In this document: in pieces, positions 1 through 14,184 of the stretch
How the letters are laid out: each line of letters begins with the position of its first letter
Position numbering within the stretch: the stretch's first letter is position 1
Assembly (NCBI RefSeq): GCF_009914755.1
Contig: NC_060933.1
Reading direction: 5' to 3' (one strand)
Length of the DNA stretch: 64,000 bases
Origin: the human T2T-CHM13v2.0 reference genome, Homo sapiens
Position numbers and translations under genes: made by a program
The notes under the pieces: generated by a model
Seen by the model: only the letters and a program-made list of their open reading frames with translations
The model's database searches: none
Told to the model about the DNA's origin: nothing

Positions 1-1585
1 TTCCTTTCCATTCCATTCCATTGCCTTGCATTCCACTCGGGTTGATTCCATTCCCTTCTTTCCACTCCATTACATTCCCTTCCATTCCACTCAGAATGAT
101 TGATTCCATTCCACTCCATTCCATTCCATTCCATTGCAATCCATTCCAATCCATTCCATTCCATTCCATTCCACTCGAGTTGACTTCATTCCATTCCTTT
201 CCATTCCATTCCATTCCTTTCCACTCGAGTTGATTCCATTCCATTCCAATCCATTGCATTCCATTCCATGCCATTCCACTCGGGTTGATTCCATTCCTTT
301 GCATTCCATTCCATTCCATTCCATTGCATTCCATTCAATTCCATTCCGTTGCATTCCATTCCATTACATTCGGATTGATTCTATTCAACTCCCTTACTCT
401 CCATTACATTCCATTCCATTCGGGTTGTTCCATTCCATTCCATTCCATTCCCCTCCATTCCATTGCACTCGGGTTGATTCCATTCCATTCCATTCCATTG
501 CATTCCATTCCGGATGATTCCATTCCATTGCATTCCGTTCCATTACATTCCCCTGCACTCGGGTTGATTCCATTCCATTCCATTCCATTCCATTCGATTC
601 CATTCCATTCCCCTGCACTCGCGTTGATTCCATTCCATTCCATTCCATTCCATTCCATTCCATTCCATTCCTTTCCATTCCAGTCCTTTCCATTCCATTC
701 CACTCGGGTTGATTCCATTCTATTAGTTTCCATTCCATTCCATTCCCTTCCATTCCACTCTGGTTGATTCCATTCCTTTCCATTCCACTCGAATACATTC
801 CCTCCTATTCCACTCGGAACGATTCCATTCCATTCCATTCCATTCCATTCCATTCCATTCCATTCCATTCCATTTCGTTCCATTCCATTCTATTCCGTAT
901 CATTCCATTCCATTCCATTCCATTCCATTTAATTCCACTCGTGTTGATTTCATTCCTTTCCATTCCATTCGGTTTGAAGGCATTCCATTCCATTCCATTC
1001 CATTCCATTCCTTTCCAGTCCATTCCATTCCATTGTACTCGGGTTGATTGCATTCCATTGCATTCCATTCCATTCCATTCCGTTGCATTCCATTCCATTA
1101 CATTCGGATTGATTCTATTCAACTCCCTTACACTCCATTACATTCCATTCCATTCGGGTTGTTCCATTCCATTCCATTCCATTCCACTCCATTCCATTGC
1201 ACTCGGATTGATTCCATTCCATTCCATTCCATTCAACTCCATTCCATTCCGGATGATTACATTCCATTGCATTCCGTTCCATTACATTCCCCTGCACTCG
1301 GGTTGATTCCATTCCATTCAATTCCATTCCATTCGATTCCATTCCATTCCAATTCTTTCCATTCCATTCTATTCCGTACCATTCCATTCCATTCCATACA
1401 ATTCCATTCCATTCCATTCCACTCCGTTCCGTTCCGTTCCGTTCCGTTCCGTTCCATTCCATTCCATTCCATTCTATTCGGTTTAATTCCATTCCATTCC
1501 ATTCCATTCCATTCCATTCCATTCTATTCCCTTCCATTGCAATCGAGATGAATCCATTGCATTCCATTCCATTCCATTCCATTCC

Positions 1586-1600
1586 ATTCCGGAAGATTCC
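1586..1600. promoter_or_regulatory. Perfect three-unit heat-shock element match (first of ~37 in the window)
   Basis: ATTCCGGAAGATTCC = nTTCnnGAAnnTTCn, the canonical HSF1 trimer site. Motif match only; binding not shown. Confidence 0.55.
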
Positions 1601-2239
1601 ATTCCATTGCATTCCATTCCATTCCATTCCATTCCATTCCATTCCATTCCATTCCAATTCGTTCCATTCCATTCTATTCCGTATCATTCCATTCCATTCC
1701 ATTCCATTCCATTCCATTGTACTCGGGTTGATTCCATTCCATTGCATTCCATTCCATTCCATTCCATTCTATTCCATTCCGTTGCATTCCATTCCATTAC
1801 ATTCGGATTGATTCTATTCAACTCCCTTACTCTCCATTACATTCCATTCCGTTTGGGTTGTTCCATTCCATTCCATTCCATTCCACTCCATTCCATTGCA
1901 CTCGGGTTGATTCCATTCCATTCCATTCCATTCCATTCCATTCCATTCCATTCCGGATGATTCCATTCCATTGCATTCCGTTCCATTACATTCCCCTGCA
2001 CTCGCGTTGATTCCATTCCATTCCATTCCATTCCATTCCATTCAATTCCATTCCATTACAATTCGTTCCATTCCATTCTATTCCGTACCATTCCATTCCA
2101 TTCCATACCATTCCATTCCATTCCATTCCATTCCATTCCATTCCATTCCGTTCCATTCCGTTCCATTCCATTCCATTCCATTCCATTCGGGTTAATTCCA
2201 TTCCATTCCATTCCATTCCATTCCATTCTATTCCATTCC

Positions 2240-4130
2240 ATTGCAATCGAGTTGAATCAATTGCATTTCATTCCATTCCATTCCATTCCATTCCATTCCA
2301 TTCCGGAAGATTCCATTCCATTGCATTCCATTCCATTCCATTCCCCTGCACTCGCGTTGATTCCATTCCATTCCATTCCATTCCATTCCATTCCATTCCG
2401 TTCCGCTCCGTTCCATTCCATTCCATTCCATTGCATTCCGTTCCGTTCCATTCCATTCCATTCCATTCTATTCGGGTTAATTCCATTCCATTCCATTCGA
2501 TTGCAATCGAGTTGATTCCATTCCATTCCATTCCATTCCATTCCATTCCATTCCATTCCATTCCTTTCCATTCCATTACGGATGATTCCATTCCATTGCA
2601 TTCCATTCCATTCCATTCCCCTGTACTCGGGTTGATTCCATTCCATTCCATTCCAGTCCATGCCATTCCACTCGTGTTGATTCCATTCTTTCCATTCCAT
2701 TCAAGTTGACTCCATTCCATTGCATTCCATTCCATTCGATTCCATTCGATTGCACTCGGGTTGATTCCATTCCATTACATTCCATTCCATTCCATACCAT
2801 TCCGTTCCATTCCATTCCATTACATTCGGATTGATTCTATTCAACTCCCTTACTCTCCATTACATTCCATTCCATTCGAGTTGTTCCATTCCATTCCATT
2901 CCATTCCACTCCATTCCATTGCACTCGGGTTGATTCCATTCCATTGCACTCCATACCATTCCATTCCATTCCATTCCGGAAGATTCCATTCCATTGCATT
3001 CCGTTCCATTCCATTCCCCTGCACTCACGTTGATTCCATTCCATTCCATTCTATTCCATTCCATTCCCCTCCTTTCCGTTCCATTCCATTCCATTCCATT
3101 CCATTCCATTCCGTTCCGTTCCATTCCATTCCATTCCATTCCATTCCGTTCCGTTCCATTCCATTCCATTCCATTCTATTTGGGTTAATTCCATTCCATT
3201 CCATTCGATTGCAATCGAGTTGATTCCATTCCATTCCATTCGATTCCATTCCATTCCATTCCATTCCATTCATTTCCATTCCATTACGGATGATTCCATT
3301 CCATTGCATTCCATTCCATTCCATTCCCCTGTACTCGGGTTGATTCCATTCCATTCCATTCCAATCCATGCCATTCCACTCGTGTTGATTCCATTCTTTC
3401 CATTCCATTCAAGTTGAATCCATTCCATTGCATTCCATTCCATTCGATTCCATTCGATTGCACTCTGGTTGATTCCATTCCATTCCATTCCATTCCATTC
3501 CATTCCATTCCATTCCGTTCCATTCCATTCCATTACATTCGGATTGATTCTATTCAACTCCCTTACTCTCCATTACATTCCATTCCATTCGAGTTGTTCC
3601 ATTCCATTCCATTCCATTCCACTCCATTCCATTGCACTCGGGTTGATTCCATTCCATTCCATTCCATTCCATTCCATTCCATTCCATTCCGGAAGATTCC
3701 ATTCCATTGCATTCCATTCCATTCCATTCCCCTGCACTCGCGTTGATTCCATTCCATTCCATTCTATTCCATTCCATTCCCTTCCTTTCCGTTCCATTCC
3801 ATTCCATTCCATTCCATTCCATTCCATTCCGTTCCGTTCCATTCCATTCCATTCCATTCTATTCGGGTTAATTCCATTCCATTCCGTTCGATTGCAATCG
3901 AGTTGATTCCATTCCATTCCATTCAATTCCATTCCATTCCATTCCATTCCTTTCCATTCCATTACGGATGATTCCATTCCATTGCATTCCATTCCATTCC
4001 ATTCCCCTGTACTCGGGTTGATTCCATTCCATTCCATTCCAATCCATGCCATTCCACTCGCGTTGATTCCATTCTTTCCATTCCATTCAAGTTGAATCCA
4101 TTCCATTGCATTCCATTCCATTCCATTCCC
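2240..4130 (+). repeat. About three diverged tandem copies of the ~0.7 kb sub-cycle
   Basis: TCAAGTTGA at 2701, 3409, 4087; ATTCCGGAAG at 2300, 2973, 3686; same module order in each. Confidence 0.75.
2497..2510. other. 14-bp perfect palindrome TCGATTGCAATCGA (recurrent module of sub-domain 1)
   Basis: Equals its own reverse complement; also at ~3205, 3887, 5621, 6559, 9053, 10536, 12724, 22327, 26226, 40396, 43910, 63021 and others. Confidence 0.85.
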
Positions 4131-6319
4131 CTGCAGTCGGGTTGTTTCCATTCCATTCCATTCCATTCCATTCCGTTCCGTTCCATTCCATTCCATTCCA
4201 TTCTATTCGGTTTAATTCCATTCCATTCCATTCCATTCCATTCCATTCCATTCCATTGCATTCCAATAGGGTTGATTCCATTCCATTCCATTCCATTCCA
4301 TTCCACTCCATTCCAGTCCTTTCCATTCCATTCCACTCGGGTTGATTCCAATGTATTCCTTTCCATTCCATTCCATTCCATTGCAATCGAGTTGATTCCA
4401 TTGCTTTGCATTCCATTCCATTCCATTCCATTCCGGATGATTCCATTCCATTGCATTCCATTCCATTCCATTCCCCTGCACTCGGGTTGATTCCATTCCA
4501 TCCCACTCCATTCCGTTCCATTCCATTCCATTGCATTGTATTCGGGTTAATTCCATTCCATTCCATTCCATACCATTCCATTCCATTCCATTACAATCGA
4601 GTTGATTCCATTCCATTCCATTCCATTCCAGTCATTTCCATGCCATTCCACTCGGGTTGATTCCATTCTATTAGTTTCCATTCCATTCCATTCCCTTCCA
4701 TTCCACTCTGGTTGATTCCATTCCTTTCCATTCCACTCGAATACATTCCCTCCTATTCCATTCGGAACGATTCCATTCCATTCCATTCCATTCCATTCCA
4801 TTCCATTCCATTCCATTTCGTTCCATTCCATTCTATTCCGTATCATTCCATTCCATTCCATTCCATTCCATTCCATTCCATTCCATTCCATTCCATTCCA
4901 TTCCATTGTACTCAGGTTGATTCAATTCAAATGCATTCCATTCCATTCCATTCCATTCCATTCCGTTGCATTCCATTCCATTACATTCGGATTGATTCTA
5001 TTCAACTCCCTTACTCTCCATTACATTCCATTCCATTCGGGTTGTTCCATTCCATTCCATTCCATTCCAATCCATTCCATTGCACTCGGGTTGATTCCAT
5101 TCCATTCCATTCCATTCCGGATGATTCCATTCCATTGCATTCCGTTCCATTACATTCCCCCGCACTCGCGTTGATTCCATTCCATTCCATTCCATTCCAT
5201 TCAATTCCATTCCATTACAATTCGTTCCATTCCATTCTATTCCGTACCATTCCATTCCATTCCATACCATTCCATTCCATTCCATTCCATTCCATTCCAT
5301 TCCATTCTATTCGGATTAATTCCATTCCATTCCATTCCATTCCATTCTATTCCATTCCATTGCAATAGAGTTGAATCCATTGCATTTCATTCCATTCCAT
5401 TTCTTTCCATTCCATTCCATTGCATTCCGGAAGTTTCCATTCCATTGCATTCCATTCCATTCCATTCCCCTGCACTCGCATTGATTCCATTCCATTCCAT
5501 TCCATTCCATTCCATTCCATTCCGTTCCATTCCATTCCATTCCATTCCATTCCATTCCATTCCGTTCCGTTCCATTCCATTCCATTCCATTCTATTCGGG
5601 TTAATTCCATTCCATTCCATTCGATTGCAATCGAGTTGATTCCATTCCATTCCATTCCATTCCATTCCATTCCATTCCATTCCATTCCTTTCCATTCCAT
5701 TACGGATGATTCCATTCCATTGCATTCCATTCCATTCCATTCCCCTGTACTCGGGTTGATTCCATTCCATTCCATTCCAATCCATGCCATTCCACTCGTG
5801 TTGATTCCATTCTTTCCATTCCATTCAAGTTGAATCCATTCCATTGCATTGCATTCCATTCGATTCTATTCGATTGCACTCGGGTTGATTCCATTCCATT
5901 GCATTCCGTTCCATTCCATTCCATTGCATTCCTTTCCATTCCATTCCATTCCATTACATTCGGATTGATTCTATTCAATTCCCTTACACTCCATTACATT
6001 CCATTCCATTCGGGTAGTTTCCATTCCATTCCATTCCATTCCTCTCCATTCCATTGCACTCGGGTTGATTCCATTCCATTGCCTTCCATTCCATTCCATT
6101 CAATTCCATTCCGTTCCATTCCATTCCATTACATTCGGAATGATTCTATTCAACTCCCTTACTCTCCATTACATTCCATTCCATTCGGGTTGTTCCATTC
6201 CATTCCATTCCATTCCACTCCATTCCATTGCACTCGGGTTGATTCCATTCCATTCCATTCCATTCCATTCCATTCCATTCCGGAAGATTCCATTCCATTG
6301 CATTCCATTCCATTCCATT

Positions 6320-6480
6320 CCCCTTCACTCGTGTTGATTCCATTCCATTCCATTCTATTCCATTCCATTCCCTTCCTTTCCGTTCCATTCCATTCCATTC
6401 CATTCCATTCCCCTGCACTCGCGTTGATTCCATTCCATTCCATTCTATTCCATTCCATTCCCTTTCTTTCCGTTCCATTC
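6320..6480 (+). repeat. 90-bp local tandem duplication
   Basis: CCCCT(T/G)CACTCG(T/C)GTTGATT...CTATT...CCCTT(C/T)CTTTCCGTT at ~6320 and ~6410. Confidence 0.7.
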
Positions 6481-7992
6481 CATTCCATTCCATTCCATTC
6501 CGTTCCGTTCCATTCCATTCCATTCCATTCTATTCTGGTTAATTCCATTCCATTCCATTCGATTGCAATCGAGTTGATTCCATTCCATTCCATTCCATTC
6601 CATTCCATTCCATTCCATTCCATTCCTTTCCTTTCCATTACGGATGATTCCATTCCATTGCATTCCATTCCATTCCATTCCCCTGTACTCGGGTTGATTC
6701 CATTCCATTCCATTCCAATCCATGCCATTCCACTCGTGTTGATTCCATTCTTTCCATTCCATTCAAGTTGAATCCATTCCATTGCATTCCATTCCATTCC
6801 ATTCCATTCCATTCCGTTCCATTCCATTCCATTACATTCGGATTGATTCTATTCAATTCCCTTACACTCCATTACATTCCATTCCATTCGGGTTGTTCCA
6901 TTCCATTCCATTCCATTCCATTCCATTCCATTCCATTCCTTTCCATTCCATTCCATTCCATTCGGATTCATTCTATTCAATTCCCGTACACTCCATTACA
7001 TTCCATTCCATTCGTGTAGTTTCCATTCCATTCCATTCCATTCCTCTCCATTCCATTGCACTCGGGTTGATTCCATTCCATTCCATTCCATTCCATTCCA
7101 TTCCATTCCATTCCGGATGATTCCATTCCATTGAATTCCATTCCACTCCATTCCCCTGCACTTGGGTTGATTCCTTTCCATTCCATTCCATTCCTTTCTG
7201 TTCCATTCCATTCCATTCCATTCCATTCTATTCGTGTTAATTCCGTTCCATTCTATTCCATTCCATTCCATTGAAATCGAGTTGATTCCATTCCATTTCA
7301 TTCCATTCCATTCCATTCCCCTGTACTCGGGTTGATTCCATTCCATTCCATTCCAATCCATGCCATTCCACTCGTGTTGATTCCATTCTTTCCATTCCAT
7401 TCAAGTTGAATCCATTCCATTGCATTCCATTCCATTCGATTCCATTCGATTGCACTCGGGTTGATTCCATTCCATTGTATTCCATTCCATTCCATTCCAT
7501 TCCATTCCATTCCATTCCATTCCGTTCCATTCCATTACATTACATTCGGATTGATTCTATTCAATTCCCTTACACTCCATTACATTCCATTCCATTCGGG
7601 TAGTTTCCATTCCGTTCCATTCCATTCCTCTCCATTCCATTGCACTCGGGTTGATTCCATTCCATTGCATTCCATTCCATTCCATTCAATTCCATTCCGC
7701 TCCATTCCATTCCATTACATTCGGATTGATTCTATTCAACTCCCTTACTCTCCATTACATTCCATTCCATTCGGGTTGTTCCATTCCATACCATTCCATT
7801 CCACTCCATTCCATTGCACTCGGGTTGATTCCATTCCATTCCATTCCATTCCATTCCATTCCATTCCATTCCATTCCATTCCGGAAGATTCCATTCCATT
7901 GCATTCCATTCCATTCCATTCCCCTTCACTCGCGTTGATTCCATTCCATTCCATTCTATTCCATTCCATTCCCTTCCTTTCCGTTCCATTCC

Positions 7993-10900
7993 ATTCGATT
8001 CCATTCCATTCACCTGCACTCGCGTTGATTCCATTCCATTCCATTCCATTCCATTCCGTTCCGTTCCATTCCATTCCATTCCATTCCATTCCATTCCGTT
8101 CCGTTCCATTCCATTCCATTCCATTCTATTCGGGTTAATTCCATTCCATTCCATTCGATTGCAATCGTGTTGATTCCATTCCATTCCATTGCATTCCATT
8201 CCATTCCATTCCATTCCTTTCCATTCCATTACGGATGATTCCATTCCATTGCATTCCATTCCATTCCATTCCCCTGTACTCGGGTTGATTCCATTCCATT
8301 GCATTCCAATCCATGCCCTTCTACTCGTGCTGATTCCATTCTTTCCATTCCATTCAAGTTGAATCCATTCCATTGCAATCCATTCCATTCGATTCCATTC
8401 GATTGCACTCGGGTTGATTCCATTCCATTGCATTCCATTCCATTCCATTCCATTCCATTCCATTCCATTCCATTCCGTTCCATTCCATTCCATTACATTC
8501 GGATTGATTCTATTCAATTCCCTTACACTCCATTACATTCCATTCCATTCGGGTAGTTTCCATTCCATTCCATTCCATTCCTCTCCATTCCATTGCACTC
8601 GGGTTGATTCCATTCCATTGCATTCCATTCCATTCCATTCAATTCCATTCCGTTCCATTGCATTCCATTACATTCGGATTGATTCTATTCAACTCCCTTA
8701 CCCTCCATTACATTCCATTCCATTCGGGCTGTTCCATTCCATTCCATTCCATTCCACTCCATTCCATTGCACTCGGGTTTATTCCATTCCATTCCATTCC
8801 ATTCCATTTCATTCCGTTCCATTCCGGAAGATTCCATTCCATTGCATTCCATTCCATTCCATTCCCCTGCACTCGCGTTGATTCCATTCCATTCCATTCC
8901 ATTCCATTCCATTCCATTCCATTCCATTCCTTTACGTTCCATTCCATTCCATTCCATTCCATTCCATTCCATTCCATTCCATTCCATTCCGTTCCATTCC
9001 GTTCCATTCCATTCCATTCCATTCTATTCGGGTTAATTCCATTCCATTCCATTCGATTGCAATCGAGTTCATTCCATTCCATTCCATTCCATTCCATTCC
9101 ATTGCATTCCATTCCTTTCCATTCCATTCCTTTCCATTCCATTACGGATGATTCTATTCCATTGCATTCCATTCCATTCCATTCCCCTGTACTCGGGTTC
9201 ATTCCATTCCATTCCATTCCAATCCATGCCATTCCACTCGTGTTGATTCCATTCTTTCCTTTCCATTCAAGTTGAATCCATTCCATTGCATTCCATTCCA
9301 TTCCATTCCCCTGCAGTCGGGTTGATTCCATTCCATTCCATTCCATTCCATTCCATTCCATTCCGTTACGTTCCGTTCCATTCCATTCCATTCCATTCTA
9401 TTCGGGTTAATTCCATTCCATTCCATTCCATTCCATTCCATTCCAATCGAGTTGATTCCATTCCATTCTATTCCATTCCATTCCACTCCATTCCAGTCCT
9501 TTCCATTCCATTCCACTCGGGTTGATTCCAATGTATTCCTTTCCATTCCATGCCATGCCATTGCAATCGAGTTGATTCCATTGTTTTGCATTCCATTTCA
9601 TTGCATTCCATTCCGGATGATTCCATTCCATTGCATTCCATTCCATTCCATTCCCCTGCACTCGGGTTGATTCCATTCCATTCCACTCCATTCCGTTCCA
9701 TTCCATTCCATTCCATTGTATTCGGGTTAATTCCATTCCATTCCATTCCATTCCATTCCCTTCCATTCCATTAGAATCGAGTTGATTCCATTGCATTCCA
9801 TTCCATTCCATTCCAGTCCTTTCCATTCCATTCCACTCGGGTTGATTCCATTCTATTATTTTCCATTCCATTCCATTCCCTTCCATTCCACTCTGGTTGA
9901 TTCCATTCCTTTCCATTCCACTCGAATACATTCCCTCCTATTCCACTCGGAACGATTCCATTACATTCCATTCCATTCCATTCCATTCCATTTCGTTCCA
10001 TTCTATTCTATTCCGTATCATTCCATTCCATTCCATTTCATTCCATTCCATTCCATTCCACTCGTGTTGATTCCATTCCTTTCCATTCCATTCGGTTTAA
10101 AGGCATTCCATTCCATTCCATTCCATTCCATTCCATTCCATTCCATTCCATTGTACTCGGGATGATTGCATTCCAATGCATTCCATTCCATTCCATTCCG
10201 TTGCATTCCATTCCATTACATTCGGATTGATTCTATTCAACTCCCTTACTCTCCATTACGTTCCATTCCATTCGGGTTGTTCCATTCCATTCCATTCCAT
10301 TCCACTCCATTCCATTGCACTCGGGTTGATTCCATTCCATTCCATTCCATTCCATTCTATTCCATTCCGGATGATTCCATTCCATTACATTCCGTTCCAT
10401 TACATTCCCCTGCACTCGCGTTGATTCCATTCCATTCCATTCCGTTCCATTCCATTCCATTCCATTCCATTCCATTCCGTTCCTTTCCATTCCGTTCCAT
10501 TCCATTCTATTCGGGTTAATTCCATTCCATTCCATTCGATTGCAATCGAGTTGATTCCATTCCATTGCATTCCATTCCATTCGATTCCATTCGATTGCAC
10601 TAGGGTTGATTCCATTCCATTGCATTCCATTCCATTCCATTCAATTCCATTCCATTCCATTCCATTCCATTCCATTCAGTTCCATTCCTTTCCATTACAT
10701 TCGCATTGATTCTATTCAATTCCCTTACACTCCATTACATTCCATTCCATTCGGGTAGTTTCCACTCCATTCCATTCCATTCCTCTCCATTCCATTGCAT
10801 TCGGGTTGATTCCATTCCATTGCATTCCATTCCATTCCATTCAATTCCATTCCGTTCCATTCCATTCCATTCCATTACATTCGGATTGATTCTATTCAAC

Positions 10901-13630
10901 TCCCTTACACTCCATTACATTCCATTCCATTCGGGTTGTTCCATTCCATTCCATTCCATTCCACTCGGGTTGATTCCATTCCATTCCATTCCATTCCATT
11001 CCGGAAGATTCCATTCCATTGCATTCCATTACATTCCATTCCCCTGCACTCGCTTTGATTCCATTCCATTCCATTCCATTCCATTCCATTCCATTCCATT
11101 CCATTCCGTTCCGTTCCATTACATTCCATTCCATTCCATTCCATTCCGTTCCGTTCCATTCCATTCCATTCCATTCTATTCGGGTTAATTCCATTCCATT
11201 CCATTCCATTCCATTCCATTCCATTCCGGAAGATTCCATTCCATTGCATTCCATTCCATTCCATTCCCCTGCACTCGCGTTGATTCCATTCCATTCCATT
11301 CCATTCCATTCCATTCCATTCCATTCCTTTCCGTTCCATTCCATTGCATTCCATTCCATTCCGTTCCGTTCCCTTCCGTTCCGTTCCATTCCATTCCATT
11401 CCATTCTATTCGGGTTAATTCCATTCCATTCCATTCGACTGCAATCGATTTGATTCCATTCCATTCCATTCCATTCCATTCCATTCCATTCCATTCCATT
11501 GCATTCCATTCCTTTCCATTCCATTACGGATGATTCCATTCCATTGCATTCCATTCCATTCCATTCCCCTGTACTCGGGTTGATTCCATTCCATTCCATT
11601 CCAATCCATGCCATTCCACTCGTGTTGATTCCTTTCTTTCCATTCCATTCAAGTTGAATCCATTCCATTGCATTCCATTCAATTCCATTCCACTGCAGTC
11701 GGGTTGATTCCATTCCATTCCATTCCATTCCATTCCATTCCGTTCCGTTCCGTTCCGTTCCGTTCCATTCCATTCCATTCCATTCCAATCTATTCGGGTT
11801 AATTCCATTCCATTCCATTCCATTCCATTCCATTTCAATCGAGTTGATTCCATTCCATTCCATTCCATTCCATTCCACTCCATTACAGTCCTTTCCATTC
11901 CATTCCACTCGGGCTGATTCCAATGTATTCCTTTCCATTCCATTCCATTCCATTGCAATCGAGTTGATTCCATTGCTTTGCATTCCATTCCATTCCATTC
12001 CATTCCGGATGATTCCATTCCATTGCATTTCATTCCATTCCATTCCCCTGCACTCGTGTTGATTCCATTCCATTCCACTCCATTCCGTTCCATTCCATTG
12101 CGTTCCATTGTATTCGGGTTAATTCCATTCCATTCCATTCCATTCCATTCCATTCCATTCCATTCCATTCCATCACAATCGAGTTGGTTCCATTCCATTC
12201 CATTCCATTCCATTCCATTCCATTCCATTCCGGATGATTCCATTGCATTACATTCCGTTCCATTACATTCCCCTGCACTCGGGTTGATTCCATTCCATTC
12301 CATTCCATTCCATTCGATTCCATTCCATTCCAATTCTTTCCATTCCATTCTATTCCGTACCATTCCATTCCATTCCATACCATTCCATTCCATTCCATTC
12401 CATTCCGTTCCGTTCCGTTCCGTTCCATTCCATTCCATTATATTTTATTCGGGTTAATTCCATTCCATTCCATTCCATTCCATTCTATTCCATTCCATTG
12501 CAATCGAGTTGAATCCATTGCATTCCATTCCATTCCATTCCGGAAGATTCCATTCCATTGCATTCCATTCCATTCCATTCCCCTGCACTCGCGTTGATTC
12601 CATTCCATTCCATTCCATTCCATTCCGTTCCGTTCCGTTCCATTCGATTCCATTCCATTCCGTTCCGTTCCGTTCCGTTCCATTCCATTCCATTCTATTC
12701 GGGTTAATTCCATTCCATTCCATTCGATTGCAATCGAGTTGATTCCATTCCATTCCATTCCATTCCATTCCATTCCATTCGTTTCCATTCCATTACGGAT
12801 GATTCCATTCCATTGCAATACATTCCATTCCATTCCCCTGTACTCGGGTTGATTCCATTCCATTCCATTCCATTCCATTCTATTCCATTCCATTCCATTC
12901 CATTCCGGAAGATTCCATTCCATTGCATTCCATTCCATTCCATTCCCCTGCACTCGCGTTGATTCCATTCCATTCCATTCCATTCCATTCCGTTCCGTTC
13001 CGTTCCATTCCATTCCATTCCATTCCATTCCATTCCATTCCGTTCCGTTCCGTTCCATTCCATTCCATTCCATTCTATTCGGGTTAATTCCATTCCATTC
13101 CATTCGATTGTAATCGTGTTGATTCCATTCCATTACATTCCATTCCATTCCATTCCATTCCTTTCCATTCCATTACGGATGATTCCATTCCATTGCATTC
13201 CATTCCATTCCATTCCCCTGTACTCGGGTTGATTCCATTCCATTGCATTCCAATCCATGCCCTTCCACTCGTGTTGATTCCATTCTTTCCATTCCATTCA
13301 AGTTGAATGCATTCCATTGCATTCCATTCAATTTGATTCCATTCGATTGCACTCGGGTTGATTCCATTCCATTGCATTCCATTCCATTCCATTCCATTCC
13401 GTTCTATTCCATTCCATTACATTCGGATTGATTCTATTCAACTCCCTTACTCTCCATTACATTCCATTCCATTCGGGTTGTTCCATTCCATTCCATTCCA
13501 TTCCACTCCATTCCATTGCACTCGGGTTGATTCCATTCCTTTCCATTCCATTCCATTCCATTCCGGATGATTACATTCCATTGCATTCCGTTCCATTACA
13601 TTCCCCTGCACTCGCGTTGATTCCATTCCA
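7993..13630 (+). repeat. ~6.2 kb-period duplication, copy 1
   Basis: Private variants shared with 14185-20135: CACCTGCAC (8011/14203), CCCTTCTACTCGTG, CCACTGCAGTCGGG, CATCACAATCGAGTTGGTT, TTTTATTCGGG, GCAATACATT, TCAATTTGATT. ORF offsets 6157-6212 (6507 after the 350-bp insert). Confidence 0.9.
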
Positions 13631-14184
13631 TTGCACTCCATTCCATTCCATTCCATTACGTTCCGTTCCGTTCCATTCCATTCCTTTGCATTCCATTCCA
13701 TTCCGTTCCGTTCCATTCCATTCCATTCCCTTCTATTCGGGTTAATTCCATTCCATTCCATTCGATTGCAATCGAGTTGATTCCATTCCATTCCATTCCA
13801 TTCCATTGCATTCCTTTCCATTCCATTCCTTTCCATTCCATTACGGATGATTCCATTCCATTGCATTCCATTCCATTACATTCCTCTGCACTCGGGTTGA
13901 TTCCATTCCATTCCATTCCATTCCATTCAATTCCATTCTATTACAATTCGTTCCATTCCATTCTATTCCGTACCATTCCATTCCATTCCATACCATTCCA
14001 TTCCATTCCATTCCATTCCATTCCATTCCATTCCGTTCCATTCCGTTCCATTCCATTCCATTCCATTCGGGTTAATTCCATTCCATTCCATTCCATTCCA
14101 TTCTATTCCATTCCATTGCAATCGAGTTGAATCCATTGCATTTCATTCCATTCCATTCCATTCCGGAAGATTCCATTCCATTGC

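Noticed and set aside
787-826. ACTCGAATAC..CTCGGAACGATTCC and GGTTTGAAGGC modules as additional HSEs
   Set aside because: GAA-to-TTC spacing is not the required 2 bp, so they do not match nGAAnnTTCn.
2468-2482. CTATTCGGGTTAATT as a DUX4 site
   Set aside because: Does not match the TGATTRRRTTA consensus.
5950-6240. ~175-180 bp A1/A2 spacing as a nucleosome-positioning signal
   Set aside because: Spacing varies with pentamer count and covers only a small part of the array; coincidence cannot be excluded.
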